A DNA stretch of 60,999 nucleotides, filler included, from an uncultured bacterium (GTDB taxonomy: Bacteria > UBA8481): NCBI GenBank assembly GCA_964499705.1. It is 4 parts of 4 records of this genome, joined end to end, with 100 filler letters (N's around TTAATTAATTAA, not from the genome) between each part and the next. Parts side by side here need not be neighbours in the genome. Positions count along the whole stretch, not along the records: positions 1 to 17,343 come from CAZCME010000036.1; 3 more parts are not named here. The stretch is one strand, 5' to 3'. The notes under the pieces were generated by a model, which saw only the letters and a program-made list of their open reading frames with translations, was not told the origin of the DNA and ran no database searches. Every line of letters begins with the position of its first letter. Position 1 is the first letter of the stretch. Shown here in pieces: positions 1 through 8,488 of this stretch. Made by a program: the position numbers and the translations under genes.

Positions 1-51
1 GCGGACCTTTCTACCTTGCAGAAAAGCGGAACTTTCTACTTTGCGTTGACA
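1..51. mobile_element. Terminal end of an insertion sequence (IS1202/ISNCY- or IS21-like)
   Basis: Ends in ...GCGTTGACA (reverse complement TGTCAACGC) and carries two near-identical internal repeats, GCGGACCTTTCTACCTT (1-17) and GCGGAACTTTCTACTTT (26-42). It lies at the window edge and no transposase is in the window. Confidence 0.6.
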
Positions 52-127
52 CTATTAATTTATGGCGGTTTAGCAGTCTTTAGAACCGGGCGCAATATGC
101 GCATTAGGAACTGGTGAACTTGGACCG

Positions 128-472
128 TCAATGGCCGCCCATCACGGTGTAGCCCTGCTTCCGGAACGCTTCGGCCAGGAAGACTTCCATCTCCACGGCG
201 CGATCGTACGGCATGGGATTCAGATGAACGTACATGTTCGGTAACAGCGCAATGCCGTAGTCGCGCACCCATCGGCTGGCCTTGCGGCCGCTCTTGTGCG
301 TGCGGAATCGCTCCGAGGGATCGAGGCCGGTCATGCCCACGTAGATGCAGAGTTTCTTCTCGTCCGCGTCGGGATTGAGGCGGCGCACGTAGGCAAGATC
401 GCGGATGGCGGGCGAAAGATGAACGACGTAGACGTTATGCGTGCCGCGCTTATGGACGCGCCTCGCCTTCAT
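128..472 (-). CDS. Small GIY-YIG-like nuclease-domain protein
   Basis: NVYVVHL...IYVGMTG...ERFRTHK motif pattern. The ATG at 472 overlaps the pepF stop (ATGA). Confidence 0.65.
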   Translation of the reverse strand: MKARRVHKRGTHNVYVVHLSPAIRDLAYVRRLNPDADEKKLCIYVGMTGLDPSERFRTHKSGRKASRWVRDYGIALLPNMYVHLNPMPYDRAVEMEVFLAEAFRKQGYTVMGGH

Positions 473-2193
473 GCCGCGGCGGATAGCCTCCGGTATTCCT
501 TCGCCAGCGCTTCGGCCAGGGGCGCCAGGCTTTTTTCGGAGAGGTCGAATGCGAGCCCCGCCGCCGCGAACAACTCCGGGAGCGGCCTCGATCCTCCGAG
601 CGCCAGGGCGGCGCGGTATTTCCGCAGCGTTCCAGCGAAATCGGATTTCGAGGCGTTCCAGAGGCCGAGAGCGCCGATCTGAGCGATACCGTATTCGATG
701 TAGTAGAACGGGATCTCGAAGATGTGGAGCTGACGCTGCCACAGGCTCTCCCGCGCGAATTCATAGCCCGACCAGTCAGCGATGCCGCCGAAACGGTCGG
801 CGAGATCGAGCCATGCCCGCGTGCGGTCACTTCGCGTGTGGCCGGGATGGGCGTAGATCCAGTGCTGGAAGGCATCCACCTGGGCGATCCAGGGAAAGAC
901 GGCCATGATGCCTTTCAGATGATCGAGCCGGGCCCGCCGATGGTCTTCGTCGGAGTAGAAGGCGTCGAGCTTGTCCATCGCCAGGAGCTCCATCCCCATA
1001 GAAGCGACTTCGCAGAACTCGATCGGCGCGTGCCGGTGTTCGATCGGAAAGATATCGCGCGATGCCAGGGCGTGAAACGCATGGCCGGCTTCATGCAGGA
1101 GCGTATCGACATCGCGATGCTGGCCGACGGCGTTCATGAAGATGAAGGGAAGCCGGGCCTCCTGGAGCGTGCTCTGGTAGCCGCCCGGCGCCTTCCCTTT
1201 CCGGTTCGCCAGGTCCAGGAGATCGTTGTTCCGCATGAGGTGGAAATCGGCTGCGAGCATGGGATCAAGCTCGGTGAAAATCTTCTGCGTCTTCTCGATC
1301 AGCTGATCCACTTCCGTGAAAGGTTTCAACGGCGGGCGATTGAGCGGATCGACCGCCAGATCCCACGGCCTCAGGCGATCGACGCCCAGGGATTTTTCCT
1401 GATCGCGCTGCACTTCCCGGACAATCGGCACGAAGCACCGTTCCACGGCCCGCTGGAATTTCTCGCAGTCCTCCGGCGTGTAATCGAAGCGTTCGTATTT
1501 CCGGAAGATGAAGTCGCGGTAATTGTCGAAGCCCGCGTTCGCGGCGATCTTCTCCCGAAGAACCCGCAGCTCGTCGAAGAGCTCATCGAGCCGGTCGCGA
1601 TCGTCCGCGCGACGCCGGGCAATCACATCGAAGGCGAGCCTCCTCCGCTCACGATCCGTCTCCTCCAGCGTCGTCGCAATCCGCGCCAGCGTCCTTTCTT
1701 CTCCATCCCATGCCGCGGTCATCGCTCCGCAGATCTTCTGATAGGTCTGCGTCATCTTCGACTCTTCCGTGAAGAGCGGAACGTTCTCCTCCCGGAAGAG
1801 CGCGACCTCCGTCTCGACCTTGCGCCGGAGCACAAGATACTCATAATCCGGGAGCGCGCGGAACGCGGGGAGGGAGATGAGCTTCCGGGCCAGGGCGAAT
1901 TCGCGGACCCTCACGTGCGGCTCGACATTCTCGATGAAATGCAGGTGCGCCTTCTCGCGCTCCGGATCGTCCGTCTGGCATGTCATGGCGATGTGCCGCC
2001 ACGATCCTTCCTCCGAGATGGCCGCACAGAGCTCGCCGTGCCGCGCGAGCCAGGACTCCAGGTCCGCCCGATCCTTCACATTCTCAAGCTGCGCTTCGAG
2101 AACGCAGTACCAGGGCTCGATCGCGCTCCACTCGCCCATGTCGAGCGAGGTCGGGAGAAAATCGCGCGGACGATATGGAGCAGGACGGATCAT
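469..2193 (-). CDS. pepF: Oligoendopeptidase F (M3B family)
   Basis: HEAGH zinc motif, KGKAPGGY, EFCEVASMGMEL and HIFEIPFYYIEY. Start taken at MIRPAPY (2193), which has TGnTATCCT 7 nt upstream. Confidence 0.9.
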   Translation of the reverse strand: MIRPAPYRPRDFLPTSLDMGEWSAIEPWYCVLEAQLENVKDRADLESWLARHGELCAAISEEGSWRHIAMTCQTDDPEREKAHLHFIENVEPHVRVREFALARKLISLPAFRALPDYEYLVLRRKVETEVALFREENVPLFTEESKMTQTYQKICGAMTAAWDGEERTLARIATTLEETDRERRRLAFDVIARRRADDRDRLDELFDELRVLREKIAANAGFDNYRDFIFRKYERFDYTPEDCEKFQRAVERCFVPIVREVQRDQEKSLGVDRLRPWDLAVDPLNRPPLKPFTEVDQLIEKTQKIFTELDPMLAADFHLMRNNDLLDLANRKGKAPGGYQSTLQEARLPFIFMNAVGQHRDVDTLLHEAGHAFHALASRDIFPIEHRHAPIEFCEVASMGMELLAMDKLDAFYSDEDHRRARLDHLKGIMAVFPWIAQVDAFQHWIYAHPGHTRSDRTRAWLDLADRFGGIADWSGYEFARESLWQRQLHIFEIPFYYIEYGIAQIGALGLWNASKSDFAGTLRKYRAALALGGSRPLPELFAAAGLAFDLSEKSLAPLAEALAKEYRRLSAAA

Positions 2194-2290
2194 GCCGCGC
2201 AGGATATCATGGAAAATCTCGCTGAACCGTTTTAATCTCTTGCGAGATTCCACTGCGACGGGCAATCTTAACCGGGAGGCGGCAGGCATC

Positions 2291-3601
2291 TTGAAATTCC
2301 ACACTCATCCTCGGCGATGCGCGCTCGCCTGTTTCCTCCTGTTCGCCGTTCTCCTGCCCGCTTCGGCCGCCGCGCGACCGTCCTCCGCCCGCGGCGAAAC
2401 GATCTCCGTCTGGCACACGTTCCACGACAAGGAAGAGCTCGCTCTCAAGACAATCGTCCTGGCGTTCAATCTCGATCACAAGGACCAGATCCGGCTTGTC
2501 CCGATGTCTCACGACGGATTCACGGCGGACGTGGAGAAATCTCTCCGGGCCGGACGCGGCCCCGACCTCTTCATCTGGGCGCACGACAAGGTCGGCGAGT
2601 GGATGAAGAGCGGGCTCATCGCGCCGCTCGACAATCTTCTTCCCCCGGCCGCGCGAGCCGACTACTTCGAGAATTGCCTCTCCGCGCTCACCGTCCGCGA
2701 AAAACTGTACGGCCTGCCCTTCTCCTTCGAAACCCTGATCCTCTATTACAACAAGGCGCTCGTCCCTCACCCGCCCGTCAACACCGACGAGCTGATCCGC
2801 CTGGGCCAGGGGCTCACGGACCGTTCCCAGGGGCGCTACGGGCTGGTGTACGAGCGCGGCAATTTCTATCATCACGCGATGTGGTTTCTCGGATTCGGCG
2901 GAAGGATCTTCGACGCGAAGGGGAACTTCAACGTCGCGACGCAGGAGATGAAACGCTCCCTGGAATTCGCGCGCGACATGGCCACCGTGCACGGGCTCAT
3001 CCCCGACACGGTCGACTGGAAGCTCCAGATGAAGCTCTTCAACGCCGGCAACGCCGCGATGCTGATCAGCGGACCGTGGGCTCACGGCGGCATCGATCCG
3101 CGCATCGACCTGGGGATGGCCATCCTTCCGTTCATCACGGAATCGCAGAAGTGGTCGGCGCCGTTTCTCGGCGTCAAGGGCGTCTACGTCTCCGCGCGAT
3201 CCCCGCGAAAGCGCGCCGCCTTCGACGCCGCGGCTTTCCTGACATCCGACTACGGCGGAGCGACGATGAATATTCTCGCCGGTTCCCTGCCGGCGAATCT
3301 GAAATCCTACCAGAATGGCGCGGTCGCATCCGACCGGAGAACCGCGGTTTTCAAAGAGCAGGTTCTGAACGCAGTGCCGATGCCGTCCGATCCGGCCATG
3401 AAGCATGTCTGGAAGGTGATGATGACCGATCCGGCCACAATGAAACCAGGCTGCATCGACCGCGTTTTCCTGCTGAACACGTCGCCGGATACCGCGTGCG
3501 CCGACGCGTCGCGCGAGTTCACGCGGGCCCTCCAGGGCATCGCCACTCCCCGTTCAGCGACTTATCGCGGCGCCGATCACACCGGGAGCGCTCCGCAGTG
3601 A
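2291..3601 (+). CDS. Maltose/maltodextrin-type extracellular solute-binding protein (SBP family 1/8)
   Basis: Signal peptide, GPDLFIWAHD, LYGLP..ETLILYYNK, AAMLISGPW, PFLGVKG and AVPMP, all MalE-like motifs. TTG start with GGGAGG upstream. Confidence 0.85.
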   Translation: MKFHTHPRRCALACFLLFAVLLPASAAARPSSARGETISVWHTFHDKEELALKTIVLAFNLDHKDQIRLVPMSHDGFTADVEKSLRAGRGPDLFIWAHDKVGEWMKSGLIAPLDNLLPPAARADYFENCLSALTVREKLYGLPFSFETLILYYNKALVPHPPVNTDELIRLGQGLTDRSQGRYGLVYERGNFYHHAMWFLGFGGRIFDAKGNFNVATQEMKRSLEFARDMATVHGLIPDTVDWKLQMKLFNAGNAAMLISGPWAHGGIDPRIDLGMAILPFITESQKWSAPFLGVKGVYVSARSPRKRAAFDAAAFLTSDYGGATMNILAGSLPANLKSYQNGAVASDRRTAVFKEQVLNAVPMPSDPAMKHVWKVMMTDPATMKPGCIDRVFLLNTSPDTACADASREFTRALQGIATPRSATYRGADHTGSAPQ

Positions 3602-6033
3602 AGATCAGGACGCGGCTCTTCATTCTCCTCGTGGCCCTGACGCTCATCCCCATCGTCATCCTCGGCATCGGAGCGTATCTCGTCGCGGGCGGAGCGATCG
3701 AGGGGAAAGTCGCGGAGCAGTTGTACAAGGTCCGGGCCGAGCTGACGCGATCGGGCGCGGACGTGGTCGGCGCCATGAACAGGACGCTCGATGAAATGGA
3801 GCAGGACAGGAATTTCGAGCTCTGCCTGCGCTACGCTTCCTCGCGCGACGTCTCCCTGCTTCGCGACATCATCGAGAAGACCTTTCTCTTCCACGTCTCC
3901 CGCGATCCGTGGATCATCGGAACGGTCGCGGAAATTCCCGGAGCGGAAGCGATCCGCGTGATCCGCCCGGGCATCTCGCTTCCCGCCATTCCCACCTCCC
4001 CCGGCATCCGCGCTATCGAAGGCGGCCATTTCTGCGCCTCGCGCGAGGTCACTCGCGGCGGCGCGCGCGGCATGATCCACCTCTTCTTCTCGCAGGATGC
4101 CTTCCTGCCCATGCTCCGCGACGCCAACATCGGCGCCGGCAAGCCCGTCGCGGGCTTTCTCGTCGCCAACGGCAAGATCCTGACGCCTTATCCCGACGAT
4201 AACCAGTCGCTCCTGCAGAGCGATCTCGACGGCGACGGGCTCATCTCGTACGGCGATCGTGTCGCGGTGGCGGGAAAGATCGAGGGGACCGACCTCGTCA
4301 TCGGCGCATCGCTGTCGGACGCCGCCTTCCGCGATCCCCTGTCGCGGGTACGCAACCTGACGCTCCTTCTGATCATGGCGGGATTCGCGGCCGCGGGCGC
4401 CGCCGCGCTCGTCTTCGCGACGACGCTGGTCCGACCGATCCAGTCGATGGTGGAGGTGACCCGCCGCGTCGCCGACGGCGACCTCGATGTCTCGCTCACA
4501 TCGGAGCGCGCCGACGAGCTGGGCGAGCTGGCGACCGATTTCAACCGGATGACCGTGAAGTTGAAGGAGAGCGAGGCGCGCGTGGAGGAACGGACGCGGG
4601 CCCTCGTCCAGGAACAGGCGCGTGTGGGCCTCGCGCTGCGAATGTGCCGCAACGTCCTCCTGGAGCGCGGATTCGAATCGGAAGTGCAGGCCGTCTGCGA
4701 GGAGATCCGGAAGCACTTCGGGTTCTCGCGCGTTTCCGTTTATCTCGTCTCCGAGACAGGCCTGCCCGGAAACGGCGCCCGGATCGAAGGCGCCGCGGCG
4801 GCGGGAACCGGCGCGTCGAACGTGCGCGCGCAGGAATTCCCTATGGAGGATCTGCCCGGCCCGGAGATTCACCGCGCGATTGGCAGGGCCGCGGCGCGCG
4901 GCAAGACGCAGGTCTGGGCGAGCGGCGATACGAAGACCGATGCGCAAGCCGTGAACGGATCAGAGGCAAACGTCATCCGCGATTACGCCTGCATCCCGTT
5001 GCGCGCGCGCGGCCAGACCTTCGGCGTCATCGTCGTCGTGATGCTCATAGAGGAAGTGAACCTCGGAGCCGACACCGTCTCCACGCTGGAAGCCTTCGCT
5101 GACATCGTCTCCCTGGCAATCCTGGAGGCGAAGATGGGCGGCGAGATGCGGGAGGCCTATCTCGACGTCCTTGCCGCGCTCGCGGAGATCATCGACTCCA
5201 GGGATGCCTACACCGGGATGCACACGGAAAACGTGCTGGCGTATTCCACAGCGCTCGCGCGCGCCGCGAATCTCTCGGAGAAGGAAATCGAGGGCGTGCG
5301 GATCGGAGCGATCCTGCATGACATCGGAAAAGTCGCGGTCGTCGACGCGATCCTGCAGAAGCCAGGAGCGTTGACGAAGGAGGAATTCGAGGAGATGAAG
5401 CGGCATCCGTCCGTCGGCTCCGCGATCCTCTCCGGGCACCAGTATCTCCGCGCGGCTTCCGATGTCGTCAAGTACCACCACGAACGGTGGGACGGGAAGG
5501 GTTATCCGGAAGGGTTGAAGGGCGACAAGATCCCGGTAAGCGCGCAGGTCGTCGGTATCTGCGACGCCTACGACGCGATGATCACCGACCGTCCGTACCG
5601 TAAGGGGCTGGGGCCGACCGAGGCCATCCGGAGATTGAAGGAAGCGGCCGGCACGCAGTTCAATCCCTGGCTCGTCGATCTCTTCGTTAAATCCCTCGGG
5701 CTGGAGGAATCAGGAACGGCGTATGAAGTGCTCGTGGAGAAGAACGGCGCCGTCCTCACGTTCAAGGTCGCGGGAGTCCTGACGCTCGATGCCGGCCGCA
5801 AGATTCACGTCGGCGTCTCCGAATGGATCGGCAAGCACACGGAAGTGGAGATCGACCTGTCGAGAACTTCACGGCTGACGGATGCCGGGATCTGGTCGCT
5901 CCTGCGCATCAGCTCCAAGTGCAAAAGCATGGGAGGCCACATGAGGATTTACGCCACGGGCCTGGCCCGGCAGCAGATCCTGACGGCGTCTGAAGGAATA
6001 CCGATCCGGGTGTCGGAGTTAAAACAGTCCTAG
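3598..6033 (+). CDS. Membrane HAMP-GAF-HD-GYP-STAS signalling protein (putative cyclic-dinucleotide phosphodiesterase)
   Basis: Two TM helices flank a periplasmic domain, followed by HAMP (RPIQSM...DELGELATDFNRM), GAF (IPLRARGQTFGVI), HDIGK, HHERWDGKGYP and a C-terminal STAS-like domain (IDLSRTSRLTDAG). GTG start overlaps the SBP stop. Confidence 0.88.
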   Translation: MKIRTRLFILLVALTLIPIVILGIGAYLVAGGAIEGKVAEQLYKVRAELTRSGADVVGAMNRTLDEMEQDRNFELCLRYASSRDVSLLRDIIEKTFLFHVSRDPWIIGTVAEIPGAEAIRVIRPGISLPAIPTSPGIRAIEGGHFCASREVTRGGARGMIHLFFSQDAFLPMLRDANIGAGKPVAGFLVANGKILTPYPDDNQSLLQSDLDGDGLISYGDRVAVAGKIEGTDLVIGASLSDAAFRDPLSRVRNLTLLLIMAGFAAAGAAALVFATTLVRPIQSMVEVTRRVADGDLDVSLTSERADELGELATDFNRMTVKLKESEARVEERTRALVQEQARVGLALRMCRNVLLERGFESEVQAVCEEIRKHFGFSRVSVYLVSETGLPGNGARIEGAAAAGTGASNVRAQEFPMEDLPGPEIHRAIGRAAARGKTQVWASGDTKTDAQAVNGSEANVIRDYACIPLRARGQTFGVIVVVMLIEEVNLGADTVSTLEAFADIVSLAILEAKMGGEMREAYLDVLAALAEIIDSRDAYTGMHTENVLAYSTALARAANLSEKEIEGVRIGAILHDIGKVAVVDAILQKPGALTKEEFEEMKRHPSVGSAILSGHQYLRAASDVVKYHHERWDGKGYPEGLKGDKIPVSAQVVGICDAYDAMITDRPYRKGLGPTEAIRRLKEAAGTQFNPWLVDLFVKSLGLEESGTAYEVLVEKNGAVLTFKVAGVLTLDAGRKIHVGVSEWIGKHTEVEIDLSRTSRLTDAGIWSLLRISSKCKSMGGHMRIYATGLARQQILTASEGIPIRVSELKQS

Positions 6034-6212
6034 TGGTCTTTCAAGATTGAAAATGCTACTGCAGCCGGCTGCAAAACGCGCTGACTTCGTTCTCGGGTCA
6101 AAATGTCCTCGACGTAGTCATGACTACGTTTGCGGGCATTTTGACCCTGCGGCCTCGTCATCGCGTTTTTCGCTCGGCCTCGCTACGCATTTCAATCTTG
6201 AAAGACCACTAG
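6030..6212. mobile_element. MITE-like palindromic element with CTAG ends
   Basis: Perfect 23-bp terminal inverted repeat CTAGTGGTCTTTCAAGATTGAAA, nested stems (6095-6105 with 6137-6147) and a perfect central palindrome ACGTAGTCATGACTACGT (6112-6129). Confidence 0.8.
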
Positions 6213-7357
6213 TGATTCAGGCAGTTCGGATCTGAGGCATCGCAGCGAGCGTCCGGAGGCCGATAGGTCGGCGCGATGCTCCGGATGCCCGCGGCGGCGC
6301 GGAAATTCCGGGCGCGCGCTCTTCCCATCATCATCGCGGTCGGTTGAACCATGCCGACCTTCGGGCCAATGGGCGTGGTCCGCAACGCGGTCGGCCCCAT
6401 GGTCGAATTCGAACCCATGGTCGAATGGCTCATTCCCGCATCCGGCGCCTGACCTGAAATCCTGTTGCCGATGGCTCCTTCTACGCCGCCTTCCATCCTT
6501 CCCGAGCCTTCGCGGGACGAGATGTTCCCCGCATTCGCGCCCGGCTCGCCGCTTCGCTCGCCGCGCTCCCCTCGCGCTTCGGCCACTCGCGCTCCGGCGG
6601 CTCCGGCCTGACCCTCCATTCCCGCTCTTGCACCGGGTGAACCGGCGCGGCCGGCCTGGCCGCCCTGCGGACCTCGCGAACCCGCGAAGCCTCCCGGAGG
6701 CACGCGGACATTCTGAAACGACATGGAGTAACCGGCGGGAACGAAAGTTCCGGCCGCGGACGGATTCGAAAGGTCGGTCACTTCGATGAGACCGGTGTGC
6801 ACGGTGAAGTCGACATTGAAGTTTCCGCCGGCATCGGCGCCTTCGACACCCGCGCCGTCCACGTGTTCCACGGTCGCCTCGAAAACCGTGCCCCGCACTC
6901 CCGCGACCGCGACCGGCGTCGCGAAGTTCATCGAGCTGCCGCTGAATTTCTCCAGGACGGGCATGGCATTCCCTTCCTCCAGCTTCACGTTGTAAGATCC
7001 GACTCCGCGCCAGGAGAAGAGCACGCGACCTTCGACCTGCTCCGACTTCTGTTCGATCGCTTCCAGGACGATCCGGCTCTTCTTCGTGATGCGGACGATG
7101 TTGCCTTCCGAAAGTTCGAGGTAGCACCAGGAGTTGTCGCCGGTCCTCAGGCGGTCGCCCGAACGAAGCTTCAATCGCTCCGAGGCGGACGTCCACGCGG
7201 TCTGACCCGAGCGGCTTATTTCCACCTTGCCGAAAATCTTGACGATGGAGACACTTCCCCTGTCGGCGTCAGCGCCGGCGACGAGAAATATAACGGCCAG
7301 GATAAGGGCGCTAGAAATAAATGATCGATTGAATCGTGATGCCGTCATTGTCGACAT
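6209..7357 (-). CDS. Secreted FecR-domain protein with a Gly/Ala-rich low-complexity C-terminus
   Basis: Signal/TM segment, LRSGDRLRTGDNS and TPVAVAGVRGTVF (FecR signatures). GGAGG precedes the ATG at 7357. Confidence 0.8.
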   Translation of the reverse strand: MSTMTASRFNRSFISSALILAVIFLVAGADADRGSVSIVKIFGKVEISRSGQTAWTSASERLKLRSGDRLRTGDNSWCYLELSEGNIVRITKKSRIVLEAIEQKSEQVEGRVLFSWRGVGSYNVKLEEGNAMPVLEKFSGSSMNFATPVAVAGVRGTVFEATVEHVDGAGVEGADAGGNFNVDFTVHTGLIEVTDLSNPSAAGTFVPAGYSMSFQNVRVPPGGFAGSRGPQGGQAGRAGSPGARAGMEGQAGAAGARVAEARGERGERSGEPGANAGNISSREGSGRMEGGVEGAIGNRISGQAPDAGMSHSTMGSNSTMGPTALRTTPIGPKVGMVQPTAMMMGRARARNFRAAAGIRSIAPTYRPPDARCDASDPNCLNH

Positions 7358-8375
7358 GACCTCCGTCTCGTTGTATCGCATTCTCCCGGTTCCAGTCGTA
7401 TTCTCCCTGGATCGAGAGAAATTCGTACGGCTGCCACTGGAGCGACGCGGAAAGCCGATTCCGATTCCACGTATAGGGAAGATTCAGATTCGGCCGCGCC
7501 GCGTTAATATTGAGGTTATCATATCCTAAAGTCGTGGTGACCGCGCCGGATGTGTAAAAAAAGACATACGATCCGGCGAGCGAGAAGATTTTCCTGCGGA
7601 GCCGGCCGTCTTCCGCATTGACGTATTCTGAAAAGATGCGGAAAGGGCCCTTCTGGTAATCGAGGTCGAATTCCAGGTGCGCGCGCCGTTTGGCCACGTT
7701 CACCGGAAGGCCGAAGATACCGAAATTGAGCGCGCCCCCGGGATTCAATGCGTCAATCTCCTGGCTGGCCAGCCGGCCTTCCGTGTATGTGACTCCGGCC
7801 GTCAACGACCCCCAGTCCTCTCCGTAATTGACGGCGAGCCGGCCATACATCTCCTTGTTGTTGTCGATGTCGTTCGTGGTCGGCGGATTTGCATTGGTGA
7901 TGACAGCCGTGCCTCCGACGCGCCCGCCTGTGGCCGGAGCCGACAACGGATTCCCGTTGACCGTTCCCAGTTCGAGCGAAAACGCATCTTTCGAAAAATT
8001 AACTTTCGCTCCGAAGTCGGAATACGAGTGGAGCATGATCGCGGGAAACGACAGGGACGCCAGCGGGATGGGTGCTCCGAGGGGTTTGAAGAATTTCCCG
8101 ATCGTGAAGCTCCCCTCGTACGGCATCCCCTCCAGCCGCAGCCAGGCCTCGTTGGGAGTCACGCTTCCACCCGTAAGGGAGAGGCGTGTGTACCCCACGA
8201 CAAAGTCGTTGATCTGGTGATGAAGCCCCAGGTCCGCCTGGTCGAACCGGAAATTATCTCCCTCGAGATTGATATAATCTCCCCCTGCAAGATCGCGCCA
8301 CGAAACGACAATGTCTCCGAACATCGTCGTCTTGGGAGCTCCGGTCAGCGAGAGCGCCAGGATGATGGAAAGCAT
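7311..8375 (-). CDS. Putative outer-membrane beta-barrel porin
   Basis: Signal peptide, alternating amphipathic strands, EAWL, GKFFKPLG, NNKEMYGR and a C-terminal aromatic residue (IIYF). Confidence 0.7.
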   Translation of the reverse strand: MLSIILALSLTGAPKTTMFGDIVVSWRDLAGGDYINLEGDNFRFDQADLGLHHQINDFVVGYTRLSLTGGSVTPNEAWLRLEGMPYEGSFTIGKFFKPLGAPIPLASLSFPAIMLHSYSDFGAKVNFSKDAFSLELGTVNGNPLSAPATGGRVGGTAVITNANPPTTNDIDNNKEMYGRLAVNYGEDWGSLTAGVTYTEGRLASQEIDALNPGGALNFGIFGLPVNVAKRRAHLEFDLDYQKGPFRIFSEYVNAEDGRLRRKIFSLAGSYVFFYTSGAVTTTLGYDNLNINAARPNLNLPYTWNRNRLSASLQWQPYEFLSIQGEYDWNRENAIQRDGGHVDNDGITIQSIIYF

Positions 8376-8380
8376 GCGCC

Positions 8381-8481
8381 ATGATAGGGGGTCATTCTCC
8401 AACATTGCAACATTGGAGTTGGTGAAGTTACACACGCGCCGCATGTACATGTTGCCATCTGATGGAACATCCCCCTAGACT
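8381..8481. promoter_or_regulatory. Back-to-back sigma-70-type promoters (porin on minus, amylase on plus)
   Basis: Minus strand: TTGCAA-18-TATCAT-5-ATG(8375). Plus strand: TTGCCA(8452)-18-TAGACT(8476)-7-ATG(8489). Confidence 0.5.
8385..8477. repeat. Degenerate copy of the 21719-21846 inverted-repeat element
   Basis: The left end TAGGGGGTCATTCTCCAACATTGCAACATT closely matches the intact TIR TAGGGGACATTCTCCAACATTCCAACATT. The right end is eroded (ATGTTGCC...CCCCCTA). Confidence 0.7.
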
Positions 8482-8488
8482 CCAAATC

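Noticed and set aside
85-112. Weak dif/Xer-like dyad (CGCAATA-TGCGCA-TTAGGAACT) near the IS end
   Set aside because: The arms match XerC/XerD consensus poorly, and the site is more than 30 bp from the IS end.
1877-3597. N-terminal extensions in the ORF track for the SBP (1877), HD-GYP (2317) and similar genes
   Set aside because: They overlap neighbouring real genes. Signal peptides and stop-start overlaps indicate the shorter starts.
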